Positions 16,203 to 24,920 of a stretch of 33,370 nucleotides of DNA are shown here, piece by piece. Numbering within the stretch: position 1 is the first letter of the stretch; each line of letters opens with the position of its first letter. The stretch spans positions 1-33,370 of the IMG/VR virus record IMGVR_UViG_3300044852_000058, one strand, 5' to 3'. The stretch is from a virus. Taxonomy: Duplodnaviria; Caudoviricetes. A program made the translations under genes and the position numbers. The notes under the pieces were generated by a model, which saw only the letters and a list, made by a program, of their open reading frames with translations, ran no database searches and was not told the origin of the DNA.

Positions 16203-16589
16203 TTAGATGAGTGTTGCGCCGATGAGCGAGCCGGCCTTGCGGATCGATGCGGGTTCGGCGCTGATGTCCAGGGTGTAGAGGTGGACCGCCGTGCCGGTCC
16301 CGTCGTTGACGGCCTCGGTGGACTTGACCTCCACCTGGTCGCACTCGAGGAACTTGAGGTCAGTGACCATACCCACCACGCCGTACTCGGCCAGCAGCTC
16401 GTCAAGGCGTGCCGGCAGCTCGTCAAGGCGTGCCGGCAACGTCTCGGGGGCCGGTGCGGGATTGGGTTCGTCCGGCGTGGTCATAGCCCGGTATGCCTCC
16501 CTGGCTACCCGCTGGGCCTTGAAGAGGTCGCGGGGTTCGGTGCCCTCGATCGTGACGGTGATGCCGGTCTTGTTGTTGTTGTCGGTCAT
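16203..16589 (-). CDS. Hypothetical protein (128 aa)
   Basis: GAAAGG RBS; abuts the upstream stop; contains an LPARLDE duplication. Confidence 0.7.
   Translation of the reverse strand: MTDNNNKTGITVTIEGTEPRDLFKAQRVAREAYRAMTTPDEPNPAPAPETLPARLDELPARLDELLAEYGVVGMVTDLKFLECDQVEVKSTEAVNDGTGTAVHLYTLDISAEPASIRKAGSLIGATLI
16394..16435. repeat. Perfect 21-bp tandem duplication
   Basis: GCAGCTCGTCAAGGCGTGCCG x2, in frame. Confidence 0.9.
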
Positions 16590-16859
16590 TTACTTGCCTT
16601 TCGTGGTGGCCCAGGCGGGTGTCGCCGTGTGGCCGTTCATGGTGATGGATTCGAGGGCGGGGCGGGTGTCCCGGTCCGGGGCCAGCAGTAGTTCCAGGAC
16701 CTGCAAGCCGAACGGGTTCATGATGGTCACGGCCCTGTCCGGGTAGTGCAGGCGCATGCGCGCGGATCCGTGATGGACCACTGTGACCTTCTCGAGGCCG
16801 CCGGCGTTGATGTTCAGCACGTGCCGGACCATGGCCGGGGTGACCTTCGGGGCGCTCAT
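16590..16859 (-). CDS. Hypothetical protein (89 aa)
   Basis: ATGA overlap at 16856-16859; MSAPKVTPAMVRHVL... Confidence 0.65.
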   Translation of the reverse strand: MSAPKVTPAMVRHVLNINAGGLEKVTVVHHGSARMRLHYPDRAVTIMNPFGLQVLELLLAPDRDTRPALESITMNGHTATPAWATTKGK

Positions 16860-17131
16860 GCGGCCGCTGCCAGGGCCTCGAAGTCTTCGGGGACCGGGTG
16901 GCCGTCCTCGTCGATGAAGTCCCGCAGGGTGACCTCGTGGACCGAGTGGTGGCACTTGCACAGGCGCCGGTAGCTGCACACCTGAAACGGGGTCCAGCAG
17001 CAGCCGCGGCCGCACGTGCCTTCCCGTGCCAGCTTCCGGCCGTGGGAGTACAGGGCCGGGTCGTCAAGCGGATCCAGGAAGGCGACGGGCTCCTGGTGGC
17101 GGGACGGGTCGCGGTAGTTGTAGGCGGTCAT
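16856..17131 (-). CDS. Small Cys/His-rich protein
   Basis: 91 aa; CGRGCC...C...CKCHH; ATGA overlaps at both ends. Confidence 0.7.
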   Translation of the reverse strand: MTAYNYRDPSRHQEPVAFLDPLDDPALYSHGRKLAREGTCGRGCCWTPFQVCSYRRLCKCHHSVHEVTLRDFIDEDGHPVPEDFEALAAAA

Positions 17132-17883
17132 GCTGCTGCCCTTTCGGTGGCGTGGGCGGTGGACTGGAATTGGAGCAACTCGGCCAGGGAGTGGTTGGCG
17201 GAGAGTTTGACGATGAGGTCGTGCACGGTGATGCCCAGGAAGTAGGCGGCCAGTTCGAGCAGCTGGCCCTCATGCCAGACCGAGCTGCAGGCCCGGCACG
17301 CGGCGTACGGCTTGTCGTTGGTGCGGGAGGCGACCACCATGGCCGGGACCTTCTTGAATTCGCCGGCGTCCGTGAACTCCATGGTGTATCGGGCTTCGCA
17401 TTCAGGGCAGGCGCCCAGGACTTCCAGGAAGTCGGCCGGTTCGGTCATGGCCATGACGGCGCTGATCCAGCCGCGCAGCATGGACAGCACGGCGGCCATG
17501 GTCTCGTCGTCGTGCCCCATAGCCGCGGCGACCAGGGCCTCGACGGCGGATTCTTCAGACCGGTGCAGCAGCGGGACGGCGTCAGGGGTGAGCCGTGCGG
17601 CCTCCACCAGGGCGTCCTTGCGGATCGCGTTGAGCAGGTCAGCGGCGGGCAGGTGGAACGATGACCGGGACGCCTTCGAGGTGCTGCCGGAACCGCCCTG
17701 GCCGCTGATAGGTCCGTTGTCCTTGATGAGGCGCAGGCGGGAAATGAAGGACGGGGCCATGACGATACGCTGCCCCATGGCGTCGTTGACGCGGGTAGCG
17801 TGGGCACGGGTGAGGCGTTCGCCGGCCCGGACCAGGTCAAGCTTCGGGGACTTCGGCTTGCATGAATTCTCACTGATGTGCAT
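17128..17883 (-). CDS. Zn-finger protein, putative late transcription regulator
   Basis: 251 aa; GACPEC...ACRAC..VW motif; AAGGAG RBS; first gene of the leftward operon. Confidence 0.65.
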   Translation of the reverse strand: MHISENSCKPKSPKLDLVRAGERLTRAHATRVNDAMGQRIVMAPSFISRLRLIKDNGPISGQGGSGSTSKASRSSFHLPAADLLNAIRKDALVEAARLTPDAVPLLHRSEESAVEALVAAAMGHDDETMAAVLSMLRGWISAVMAMTEPADFLEVLGACPECEARYTMEFTDAGEFKKVPAMVVASRTNDKPYAACRACSSVWHEGQLLELAAYFLGITVHDLIVKLSANHSLAELLQFQSTAHATERAAA

Positions 17884-18285
17884 ATATCCATTCTCCTTGA
17901 GAGACCGACAAACTACAAAGCGTGTGCAACTACTAGCGTCTGCAACTACTTAGGGTGTGTGCGGCTGTCCCGGAAAACGGCAGACCTAGCGGAAATCGGA
18001 CATGGGCGGGACTGCATAGAACTACAGGGGTGTGAATATCGTGCATAAAATGGCGCCCGGCGCCGGTCCAATCGGCAGTAGGGCACTTTTGGAAAATTGC
18101 CGCGTACGGGCCTAACGGCTCAAAAAAGGTATGGCTGTGACCAAATGGGGGTGACGGCCGCGAGAGAGGCCTTCCAGGGCCGCTGAGAGGCCCTATATCC
18201 GGACCGCTTGACGGGAACCCGCAAGACGCGCCGCATGAGTATGCAGGTCATTGTTCCTGCCTGCCGGTCCGTGTAGGTTAACGGC

Positions 18286-18921
18286 ATGGAGAACCTGAAG
18301 AACACACAAGGCGGTGCCGGCACCGTCACCGCCCTCATCCGCGACCAGATCGCCGCCGGGGTCAGCGGTATCGTGCACTCACTGGCTGCATACAATCTCA
18401 CCGCCGCCGAGCTCGAGCAACTCCTGGCCGAGGCGGTCGAAGGCAGCCTGCACGACGCCGTCCCCGGTTCCGACGCCGGCGAACCGGTCCGGGCGCTGGA
18501 CCTGGTCACCGCCTCCGTGCACGTCGCCGAAGCCGCCGAGGACCTCACCCACGTCTACGTCCAGGCGGCGGGCCGTGCAGGGTACACGTGGGCCGACGTA
18601 GCCCAGGCGGCCGGTCTGGCCTCCCCGCAGGCAGCGCACTGGAGGTGGGGGAAGAATGCCAGGGACGTGACGGTGCCCGCTTCGACCACTGACCGGCCCG
18701 TGCTCCCTTCCGGCGTCGGCGGCGGCCTCATGCCAGTCCGGCCGGCAACCATCCGGGACGAAGGGTGGGAGACGGCGGCAGCCCTCGGCAAGCGGATCGG
18801 CCGCGACCCCAGGACCGTCCGGGAAATGGGCACCCGTGGTGAGGTGGAGGTCCTGCACCGCGAACCAGGCCGGGACGGCCGCACCAGGGACCTCTACCGG
18901 CAGCTGCAGGTCCGTCAGTAG
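18286..18921 (+). CDS. HTH DNA-binding protein (candidate repressor/regulator)
   Basis: 211 aa; GYTWADVAQAAGLASPQAAHWRW HTH and a second HTH-like segment AAALGKRIGRDPRTVRE; TAGGTT 6 nt before ATG suggests a leaderless transcript. Confidence 0.7.
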   Translation: MENLKNTQGGAGTVTALIRDQIAAGVSGIVHSLAAYNLTAAELEQLLAEAVEGSLHDAVPGSDAGEPVRALDLVTASVHVAEAAEDLTHVYVQAAGRAGYTWADVAQAAGLASPQAAHWRWGKNARDVTVPASTTDRPVLPSGVGGGLMPVRPATIRDEGWETAAALGKRIGRDPRTVREMGTRGEVEVLHREPGRDGRTRDLYRQLQVRQ

Positions 18922-18930
18922 GCACCGGGC

Positions 18931-19212
18931 TTAACTACCCTGACTACCCTGAACTACCTCAGGGGGTAGTTGCACAAAACCCCTAGATCTAGCGGATTTT
19001 GAAGGGGCCGGGCTGGCTAACTACTCTAACTACCCTTATTTAGAAGATAAGAAAATTTTTATAGAGGGTCGCCATTTAGTAACGGCACTTCGGTTTTAGG
19101 GTAGTCAGGGTAGTCGCCGGCCTGGATGCGCCAATATTCCGCGGATTCTAGGGGTTTTTGCCGTGCACCTGGTGAAATCCGCAGGGTAGTCGCGAAGGCC
19201 CCAGGGTAGTCA
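18931..19212. other. Putative replication origin with ACTACCCT iterons around an AT-rich core
   Basis: About 10 copies of ACTACCCT/AGGGTAGT in converging orientation, AT-rich 19036-19063, upstream of primase and helicase. Confidence 0.75.
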
Positions 19213-19419
19213 GAACACCCCCTGTGGAGCCCCTGCAGCCCTTCCTGGCCGCCTCAGGACCACCACAAGCACTGTCCGGTGCACCATCACGCCCACCGCC
19301 CAGGACCAGCTCCTGACGCCGCCGGTGCCGGTCTCTCACGTATTCTGATTGCTTGTCCCTATCAAGTAATACAGAGGCACCGGCAGGCCGCCGGAAAGAT
19401 TCTTCAAGATTCTGACGAA

Positions 19420-19476
19420 TTTTTGCGCGGCCGCACACTTCTGTTGCTGTAGGGCCGAAAAGCGCACTACTCGACA
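19420..19476 (+). promoter_or_regulatory. Repeated upstream element, copy 1
   Basis: TTTTTGCGCGG-N7-CTTCTGT..TGTAGGG before primase. Confidence 0.65.
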
Positions 19477-19499
19477 CGCACCAACAGAACGGCAAGACA

Positions 19500-20690
19500 T
19501 TGGACCTGAACGCCTGGCACACCCAGTACGACCGCCTCTACGGCCGGCACATCGCCGCCGGCCACTACCAGGACGCACTCCTGGGCCTCAGCTACCCGGG
19601 CAACTGGGCCGGGGACAAGATCCCCCTGCTGGACACCGACGCCATTGACCGGAAGCTCACGCAGCTGGACCGGGCCGGCAAAGACATCTACTTCCGCATC
19701 GTGCCCCTCGAGGCCGGCAGCTACGGCCACAGCGAACGCGGCGCCAAGGAACGGAACCTGGCCATGCCGTGCGCCTTCGGTGACGGGGACACGATCGACG
19801 GGGTGCACCAGCCGTTCAAGGACGGCGGGGAATTCAAGGGGTTCCGCCACCCGGCCACCGACGAGGTCCTGGCCATGTACCACGACCTGTTCCTGCCGCC
19901 GACGCTGACCGTCGCGTCAGGGGGCGGCGTCCACCCCTACTGGGTGTTCGACCAGACCATGGAGAACGCGCTGCCCGGCACTGAGTCATACAAGATGCTC
20001 CTGCGCCTGGACTACACCATTAAGGAAGCCGCGAAGGCCCGCGGGTTCGGCATGGACACCGGTATCACTTCCGACGCCGCCAGGATCCTGCGGGTGGCCG
20101 GGTCCCGGAACTTCAAGCGCTCGGCCGACCCGGCGCCGGTCACCATCCTGGACGACAACCCCATGTTCATCTACAGCATCGACGAGCTGGACGAGCTCCT
20201 GGACCACATCCCGGTCGCGGCACCGAAGCAGCGCACCCTGGCCAGCATCGCCAAGATCGGCGACCGGAAGACCTCACACAAGTGGTCCACCGCCGTCCCC
20301 GTGTCCTTCCTCATGGAAGGCGTGTGGGGCATGGAGACCGGCGACGGTGACATGGGCAACCCCGGCGAGAACCCGAAGTACGGCCGCAAATGGGTGTTCC
20401 CGCGGGAGGACGGCACCGTGAACGCCACGGCGCTGCACGCCAAGACGTGGGTGGCTGAGTCCGGCACCGAATGGGCGGTCGCGTACGGCAACAGGATCCA
20501 GGAGGAATGGGGTGTCGCCTCATACGCCGAGGCCCTGACCTCATGGGACCTGCTGTGCACCATCATGGGCGGCGACCTGGCCATGGCCCGGTTCATCACC
20601 AAGACATTCCCGAAGCCCACCGAGGACCTCCTGGACAACCTGCGCGCCATCAACGAAGCCCGGTACGAGCAGGACTTCGAAGCCGCCTGA
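19500..20690 (+). CDS. DNA primase (AEP superfamily, RepB'-like)
   Basis: 396 aa; FGDGD, SGGGVHPYW and DAARILRVAGSRNFK motifs; next to helicase. Confidence 0.82.
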   Translation: MDLNAWHTQYDRLYGRHIAAGHYQDALLGLSYPGNWAGDKIPLLDTDAIDRKLTQLDRAGKDIYFRIVPLEAGSYGHSERGAKERNLAMPCAFGDGDTIDGVHQPFKDGGEFKGFRHPATDEVLAMYHDLFLPPTLTVASGGGVHPYWVFDQTMENALPGTESYKMLLRLDYTIKEAAKARGFGMDTGITSDAARILRVAGSRNFKRSADPAPVTILDDNPMFIYSIDELDELLDHIPVAAPKQRTLASIAKIGDRKTSHKWSTAVPVSFLMEGVWGMETGDGDMGNPGENPKYGRKWVFPREDGTVNATALHAKTWVAESGTEWAVAYGNRIQEEWGVASYAEALTSWDLLCTIMGGDLAMARFITKTFPKPTEDLLDNLRAINEARYEQDFEAA

Positions 20691-20714
20691 AAGTTTTTTG
20701 AAGAAAGTTCCCCA

Positions 20715-20773
20715 TTTTTGCGCGGGGCGCCCCTTCTGTAAGTGCAGGACAAAACAGCAGTACCAACTCGACA
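20715..20773 (+). promoter_or_regulatory. Repeated upstream element, copy 2
   Basis: TTTTTGCGCGGGG...CTTCTGTAAGTGCAGGACAAAACAGCAGTAC before helicase. Confidence 0.65.
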
Positions 20774-20833
20774 ACATCACGGGGGTCGGTCCGTCACAGC
20801 GGGCCGGCCCCACAGAAAGGCAAGACGACCACA

Positions 20834-22714
20834 ATGAGCATCGCCCACAACAACGCAGCCGACGACTTCGACTTCATCCCGGACGACGCAGGGTACATCC
20901 CGGCCGAACCCGAGTTCGACTTCGCCAACTTCGAGGCCGCCTTCGAAGGCGCCCCGGCCCCGGCCAAGACCCGCACCACGGTGCAGGCACCCACCCCCGC
21001 AGCGGCTCCTGCGCCGGCCCCCGCGGCCAAGCAGACGCCGCCCGCGTTCAACATGTATGGAGAGGTCCCCGACTTGCTCAAGATCCCGCAGGCTGCCACG
21101 CAGCCCCTCACCGACTTCGGCCTCGGCACCCGGTTCAAGATCCACATGGACGACGAACTGGTGTTCGGCACCGCCCAGCGCGGTGGCTCCTGGTACGGCT
21201 TCAACGGCCGCAACTGGGTGGAGGACCACGACAAGTCCCTGGCCGAGTCCAAGATGCGCACCGTCATCGCCTCCATCAGCACCAGGGAGGCAGTGTTCGC
21301 CGCAGAGCTGGACGAGAACGTCATCGAAGCCAAGGACACCCGGGACGGGTTCAAGAAGGCCGGCGCCTCGCAGTCAATGATCGACAAGGCCCAGGCCGAC
21401 CTGGACATCAAGACGGCCATTGCCGCCCGGGCCCGCACCGAATTCGGCGAAAAGTGCTCTAACGGCATGATCCACCTGACCGCCGGCATCCGGGCCGCAC
21501 TGCCCTTCATGTCCGTCAGCGCCTCCAGGTTCGACTCCAACCCGTACCTCATCAACTTCCCCAACGGCACCATGGACATCCGTGAGGGCACCGCGCTGCG
21601 CCCGCACGACCCCAAGGACTACCTGACCAAGGTCACCGCGGTGGACTACGTCCCCGGCGCCACCCACCCGGACCTGGACAAGACCCTGGCCGCCCTGGCC
21701 AAGTCCGACCCCGGCCTGCCGGAGTTCCTGCGCCGGTACTTCGGCGTGATGCTGTCCGGCCTGAACGACGCCAAGGTGTTCATGTACGTCAAGGGCCTCA
21801 ACGACGTCGGCAAGTCCACCCTGATCGAGGCCATGATCGAGGCCATGGGCGACAAGAATGGGTCCGGCTACGGCCGCATTGTGAACCCGAAAATCTTCGC
21901 CCTGTCCATCGAAGGCGGCGACGGTCCGCAGGAATCCCTGCACGGCCTCAAAGGCGCCCGCGGCGTGTTCGCCGACGAGACCGAGTCCGGCTTCATGAAC
22001 CGCGTCACCATGAACGTCCTGAGCGCCGGCGGCACCATGACCACCCGGCCCCTGCACGGGCACAACGTCTCATGGACCAGCCAGTGCAAGGTCATCTTCG
22101 CCGGCAACGACTGGATGTCCATCCCGGACAACGACCCGGGCATCACCCGCCGGCTCCTGGCCACCGAGATCAACCACCGCCTCACCCCGGAGGAAATGGA
22201 CGTCACCCTCAGGGACCGCCTGAAGCTGCGCCCGCAGCTGGAGGCCATCCTGGCCTGGGCCGTGTCCGGCCTCATGGACTGGCTGGCTGACGGCGGCGAC
22301 AAGGACGCCCTGCGCCCGACGCCCCTCATGCTCGAGACGTCCGCCAACTACCTCTCAAGCCACGACCCGCTCAGCTCCTGGTGGGACGCGTACGTGATCG
22401 AGGTCGACGAGGACGACAAGGACGCACTGTACGACGGCACCGACGAGGACCACGGGAAGCCGGTCGGCCACTGGGTGCCGCTCACGACCAGTCAGTGGCG
22501 CACCCTGTACGTGCGCTACTGCAAGACGCACGGGGTCAAAGAGCTCACGGAAAAGCAGTTCAACTCCCGCCTCACCGCCAAGGGGTTCACGTCCCTGGAC
22601 ACGTCGCGGGACTTCCGCCACGAGGGCCAGATCATGAACAAGGGCAAGTTCCGGCGGGGCATCCGGCACCGCACTCAGACCGTTGTGTCCAACTTCAACC
22701 GGGCCGACTTCTAG
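20834..22714 (+). CDS. SF3 helicase (P4/D5-family, D5_N + ATPase)
   Basis: 626 aa; INFPNGT..LRPHDPKDYLTK D5_N motif, Walker A GLNDVGKST, Walker B FADE, motif C AGND, GITRRL arginine finger. Confidence 0.9.
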   Translation: MSIAHNNAADDFDFIPDDAGYIPAEPEFDFANFEAAFEGAPAPAKTRTTVQAPTPAAAPAPAPAAKQTPPAFNMYGEVPDLLKIPQAATQPLTDFGLGTRFKIHMDDELVFGTAQRGGSWYGFNGRNWVEDHDKSLAESKMRTVIASISTREAVFAAELDENVIEAKDTRDGFKKAGASQSMIDKAQADLDIKTAIAARARTEFGEKCSNGMIHLTAGIRAALPFMSVSASRFDSNPYLINFPNGTMDIREGTALRPHDPKDYLTKVTAVDYVPGATHPDLDKTLAALAKSDPGLPEFLRRYFGVMLSGLNDAKVFMYVKGLNDVGKSTLIEAMIEAMGDKNGSGYGRIVNPKIFALSIEGGDGPQESLHGLKGARGVFADETESGFMNRVTMNVLSAGGTMTTRPLHGHNVSWTSQCKVIFAGNDWMSIPDNDPGITRRLLATEINHRLTPEEMDVTLRDRLKLRPQLEAILAWAVSGLMDWLADGGDKDALRPTPLMLETSANYLSSHDPLSSWWDAYVIEVDEDDKDALYDGTDEDHGKPVGHWVPLTTSQWRTLYVRYCKTHGVKELTEKQFNSRLTAKGFTSLDTSRDFRHEGQIMNKGKFRRGIRHRTQTVVSNFNRADF

Positions 22715-22859
22715 GCCCTCTCAGGTCCTCCAAGACCACGAACCGCCTGCGGGGCGCCCCTCACACGGGAGCCCTGCAGGCGGTCACCAGTGCCTTCTCA
22801 GAACACGATCTGAACGGGCCCGAAAAAGATTCTCAAGAAAGTTTGAAGATTTTGCCCCA

Positions 22860-22918
22860 TTTTTGCGCGGGGCCGCACTTCTGTAGTTGTAGGGCAAGAA
22901 CAGCAGTACTAACCGACA
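22860..22918 (+). promoter_or_regulatory. Repeated upstream element, copy 3
   Basis: TTTTTGCGCGGGG...CTTCTGTAGTTGTAGGGCAAGAACAGCAGTAC. Confidence 0.65.
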
Positions 22919-22935
22919 CGAACAAAGGACACACT

Positions 22936-23406
22936 ATGCAGGGCTTCACCACCATCACCGACCTGGCCGCCGAGCTGAACATCACCCCGGAGGCGCTGCG
23001 CGAAGCCGCGGCCACCGACCTGTACGAGGCCCTGGCCCCGGAGGACCAGGACGGCCGCCTGTGGCAGCACGAGGTCGCCAGCACCCCGCTGGACCGCATC
23101 CGCATCAGCCGCCTGTCCGCCGCGTGCCTGGACCGCCCGGCCGCCAAGCTGCCCTTCCCGCACCAGACGTCCCGCCTGGACCACGGCAACTTCGGTCAGC
23201 CGAAGCACCGCCGGCACGTCCTGACCGCGTACAGCCTCGAACCGCTGGAGGCCGTCACCGACGAGTACCTGGCCGCCTGCGCCGCCCGGTCCGCCAACGG
23301 CCGCGGCGCCGAGCACGACTGGGACGCCTACGCCGACTACGCTGCATCAGACGAGTACGCGGCAGTAGTCCGGGACCGCATCGCCGCCGGAGACGACGAC
23401 TTCTAA
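22936..23406 (+). CDS. Hypothetical protein with N-terminal HTH-like segment (156 aa)
   Basis: ATG at 22936 after AAAGGA; TITDLAAELNITPEALRE. Confidence 0.7.
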   Translation: MQGFTTITDLAAELNITPEALREAAATDLYEALAPEDQDGRLWQHEVASTPLDRIRISRLSAACLDRPAAKLPFPHQTSRLDHGNFGQPKHRRHVLTAYSLEPLEAVTDEYLAACAARSANGRGAEHDWDAYADYAASDEYAAVVRDRIAAGDDDF

Positions 23407-23484
23407 GCAGCACCCGCCGGCCGGGGTTTACCGCCCCGGCCGGCAACCAGCACAGCACCACACGACAACGAACAAAGGGACACC

Positions 23485-23994
23485 ATGACCAGCAGCACCG
23501 AATTCATCACCCTGGCCGACCTGGCCGTCGCCGCCGGCGACAAGCCCGAGCACGCCGAAATCTACCTGGACGAAATGGTGAACGACATCTACACGATCCT
23601 GAAGCCGTACGCCCTCGAGGCCGGGGAAATCATCCCGGTCCGCCGCGCCGACCTGGCCGGCAAGTACTACTACGACCGCCGGTGGGACCTGCGCGTGCGA
23701 CAGTACGACGTCGACAAGTACCTGGCCGCCCGCGACAAGGCCAACGCCGCCGAAGCCGAGGCCGCCAAGTACACCACCAGCGACCGGCTCACCTGGTCCG
23801 ACCCGGAGGACCGCGACCGGACAAGCCACGGCCACCCGGTCTACGCCGCCGACGGCACCCCCGCCTTCGACAAGTTCCGCCACGCCGGCCACGTTGCATC
23901 CTGGCTGGCCACCGGCGGGTCCCTCACCTCCGAAGACATCGACGCCGAGATTAACGCCCGCCTCACCGAACTCATGGACAAGGACACCAAGTAA
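23485..23994 (+). CDS. Hypothetical protein (169 aa)
   Basis: AAAGGGA RBS; strong GC3 bias. Confidence 0.75.
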   Translation: MTSSTEFITLADLAVAAGDKPEHAEIYLDEMVNDIYTILKPYALEAGEIIPVRRADLAGKYYYDRRWDLRVRQYDVDKYLAARDKANAAEAEAAKYTTSDRLTWSDPEDRDRTSHGHPVYAADGTPAFDKFRHAGHVASWLATGGSLTSEDIDAEINARLTELMDKDTK

Positions 23995-24341
23995 TGACAC
24001 TGCACCCCATCATGGGCAACTGGCCCGCGAACCGCGAAGAACTGAACCGCCGGTCGTGGGAGATGCACGCACCGCAGCTGCTGACCCTCATGCCGGCCGG
24101 CGACCCGGGCCCGGTGCCCGCCGAGATCCGGGAGGACTTCATGGTGTGGCCCGAGGACGAACAGGACGACGACTGGCTGCACCCGGAGCGGTTCGAGACC
24201 AACGACCCGGCGGCCGCGATCGAGCTGGCCATCATGTCACTGGACCGGTCCGACATGCTGAACACCTCACCAGGGCGGGCAGGCCACCGCCACGCGGAAC
24301 CGACGAAGGCGGTGCGGCGGCACCTGACCGTCGTGCGGTAG
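23994..24341 (+). CDS. Hypothetical acidic protein (115 aa)
   Basis: TAATG coupling to the upstream gene. Confidence 0.7.
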   Translation: MTLHPIMGNWPANREELNRRSWEMHAPQLLTLMPAGDPGPVPAEIREDFMVWPEDEQDDDWLHPERFETNDPAAAIELAIMSLDRSDMLNTSPGRAGHRHAEPTKAVRRHLTVVR

Positions 24342-24359
24342 TCCAGGCCAACAACGGGG

Positions 24360-24390
24360 AATGCCCCGGCGCATATTGTGCCGGGGCATT
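24360..24390 (+). terminator. Terminator hairpin ending the early operon
   Basis: AATGCCCCGGC-GCATATTGT-GCCGGGGCATT followed by GTCATGT. Confidence 0.65.
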
Positions 24391-24457
24391 GTCATGTCCG
24401 CGACACGGCGCGCGGCGCGCCTTCCGGGAAATGTCCCCGACATGGGGTTAAGTAGGG

Positions 24458-24535
24458 CAAAGAGAAGGGCCAGCGCTTGCAACGCCGGCCCCTCGAAGCT
24501 AAAGCAGCCGTAGTATCCGCCCGGCTGGATTGCTT
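24458..24535 (-). ncRNA. Candidate antisense countertranscript RNA (~78 nt)
   Basis: -10 TACAGT at 24547-24542; two hairpins, the last (GAGGGGCCGGCG-TTGCAAG-CGCTGGCCCTTC) fully paired only on the minus strand via G:U and followed by TCTTT. Confidence 0.55.
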
Positions 24536-24860
24536 AGACCCACTGTACTAGAGGGCCCACCAATTCACACGGCGACACGCTGCCCGATCTTCGGCGCGTT
24601 CCTGCCCCTCCCGCGCATATCAGAGGGGTGCGGTTGACAGTACACTTCCACCCGCACGTAGCCGTACCGCCGGCGTAGTGGCATACCCCAAAGCTAGGGG
24701 CATGAAAGGGCCCACGTAGACGCGTCCCGATACAGGGCCGGGTCTTGTTGCCGTGGCTGAATGTCTCAGAAGGGGAGCGGGGGAGGCGGGTTTTTATGGA
24801 GATAGGGGACCAAGCAAGACCAGCCCTTTAGGTCCATGCCTTGAAGCCCGCCGCCCCATG
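24460..24860 (+). ncRNA. Candidate long structured RNA / RNA-based plasmid origin
   Basis: No substantial ORF; many stems, G-tract at 24772-24790, possible pseudoknot; directly upstream of parS-parA. Confidence 0.4.
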
Positions 24861-24874
24861 AACGAACACCACCA

Positions 24875-24920
24875 GCAACCAGCAGAAGTGCGCAAATGAG
24901 CAAGGGAGCAAATACGCATG
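24875..24920. promoter_or_regulatory. parS-L centromere-like 8-bp repeats
   Basis: GCGCAAAT GAGCAAGG GAGCAAAT ACGCATGA; the 17-mer AAGTGCGCAAATGAGCA is shared with 25788-25804. Confidence 0.7.

Noticed and set aside
18931-19212. CRISPR array
   Set aside because: Repeats are 8 bp, in both orientations and irregularly spaced; no cas genes.
24634-24665. SigA promoter at TTGACA
   Set aside because: No TANNNT at a 16-18 bp spacing; it sits inside a predicted stem-loop.
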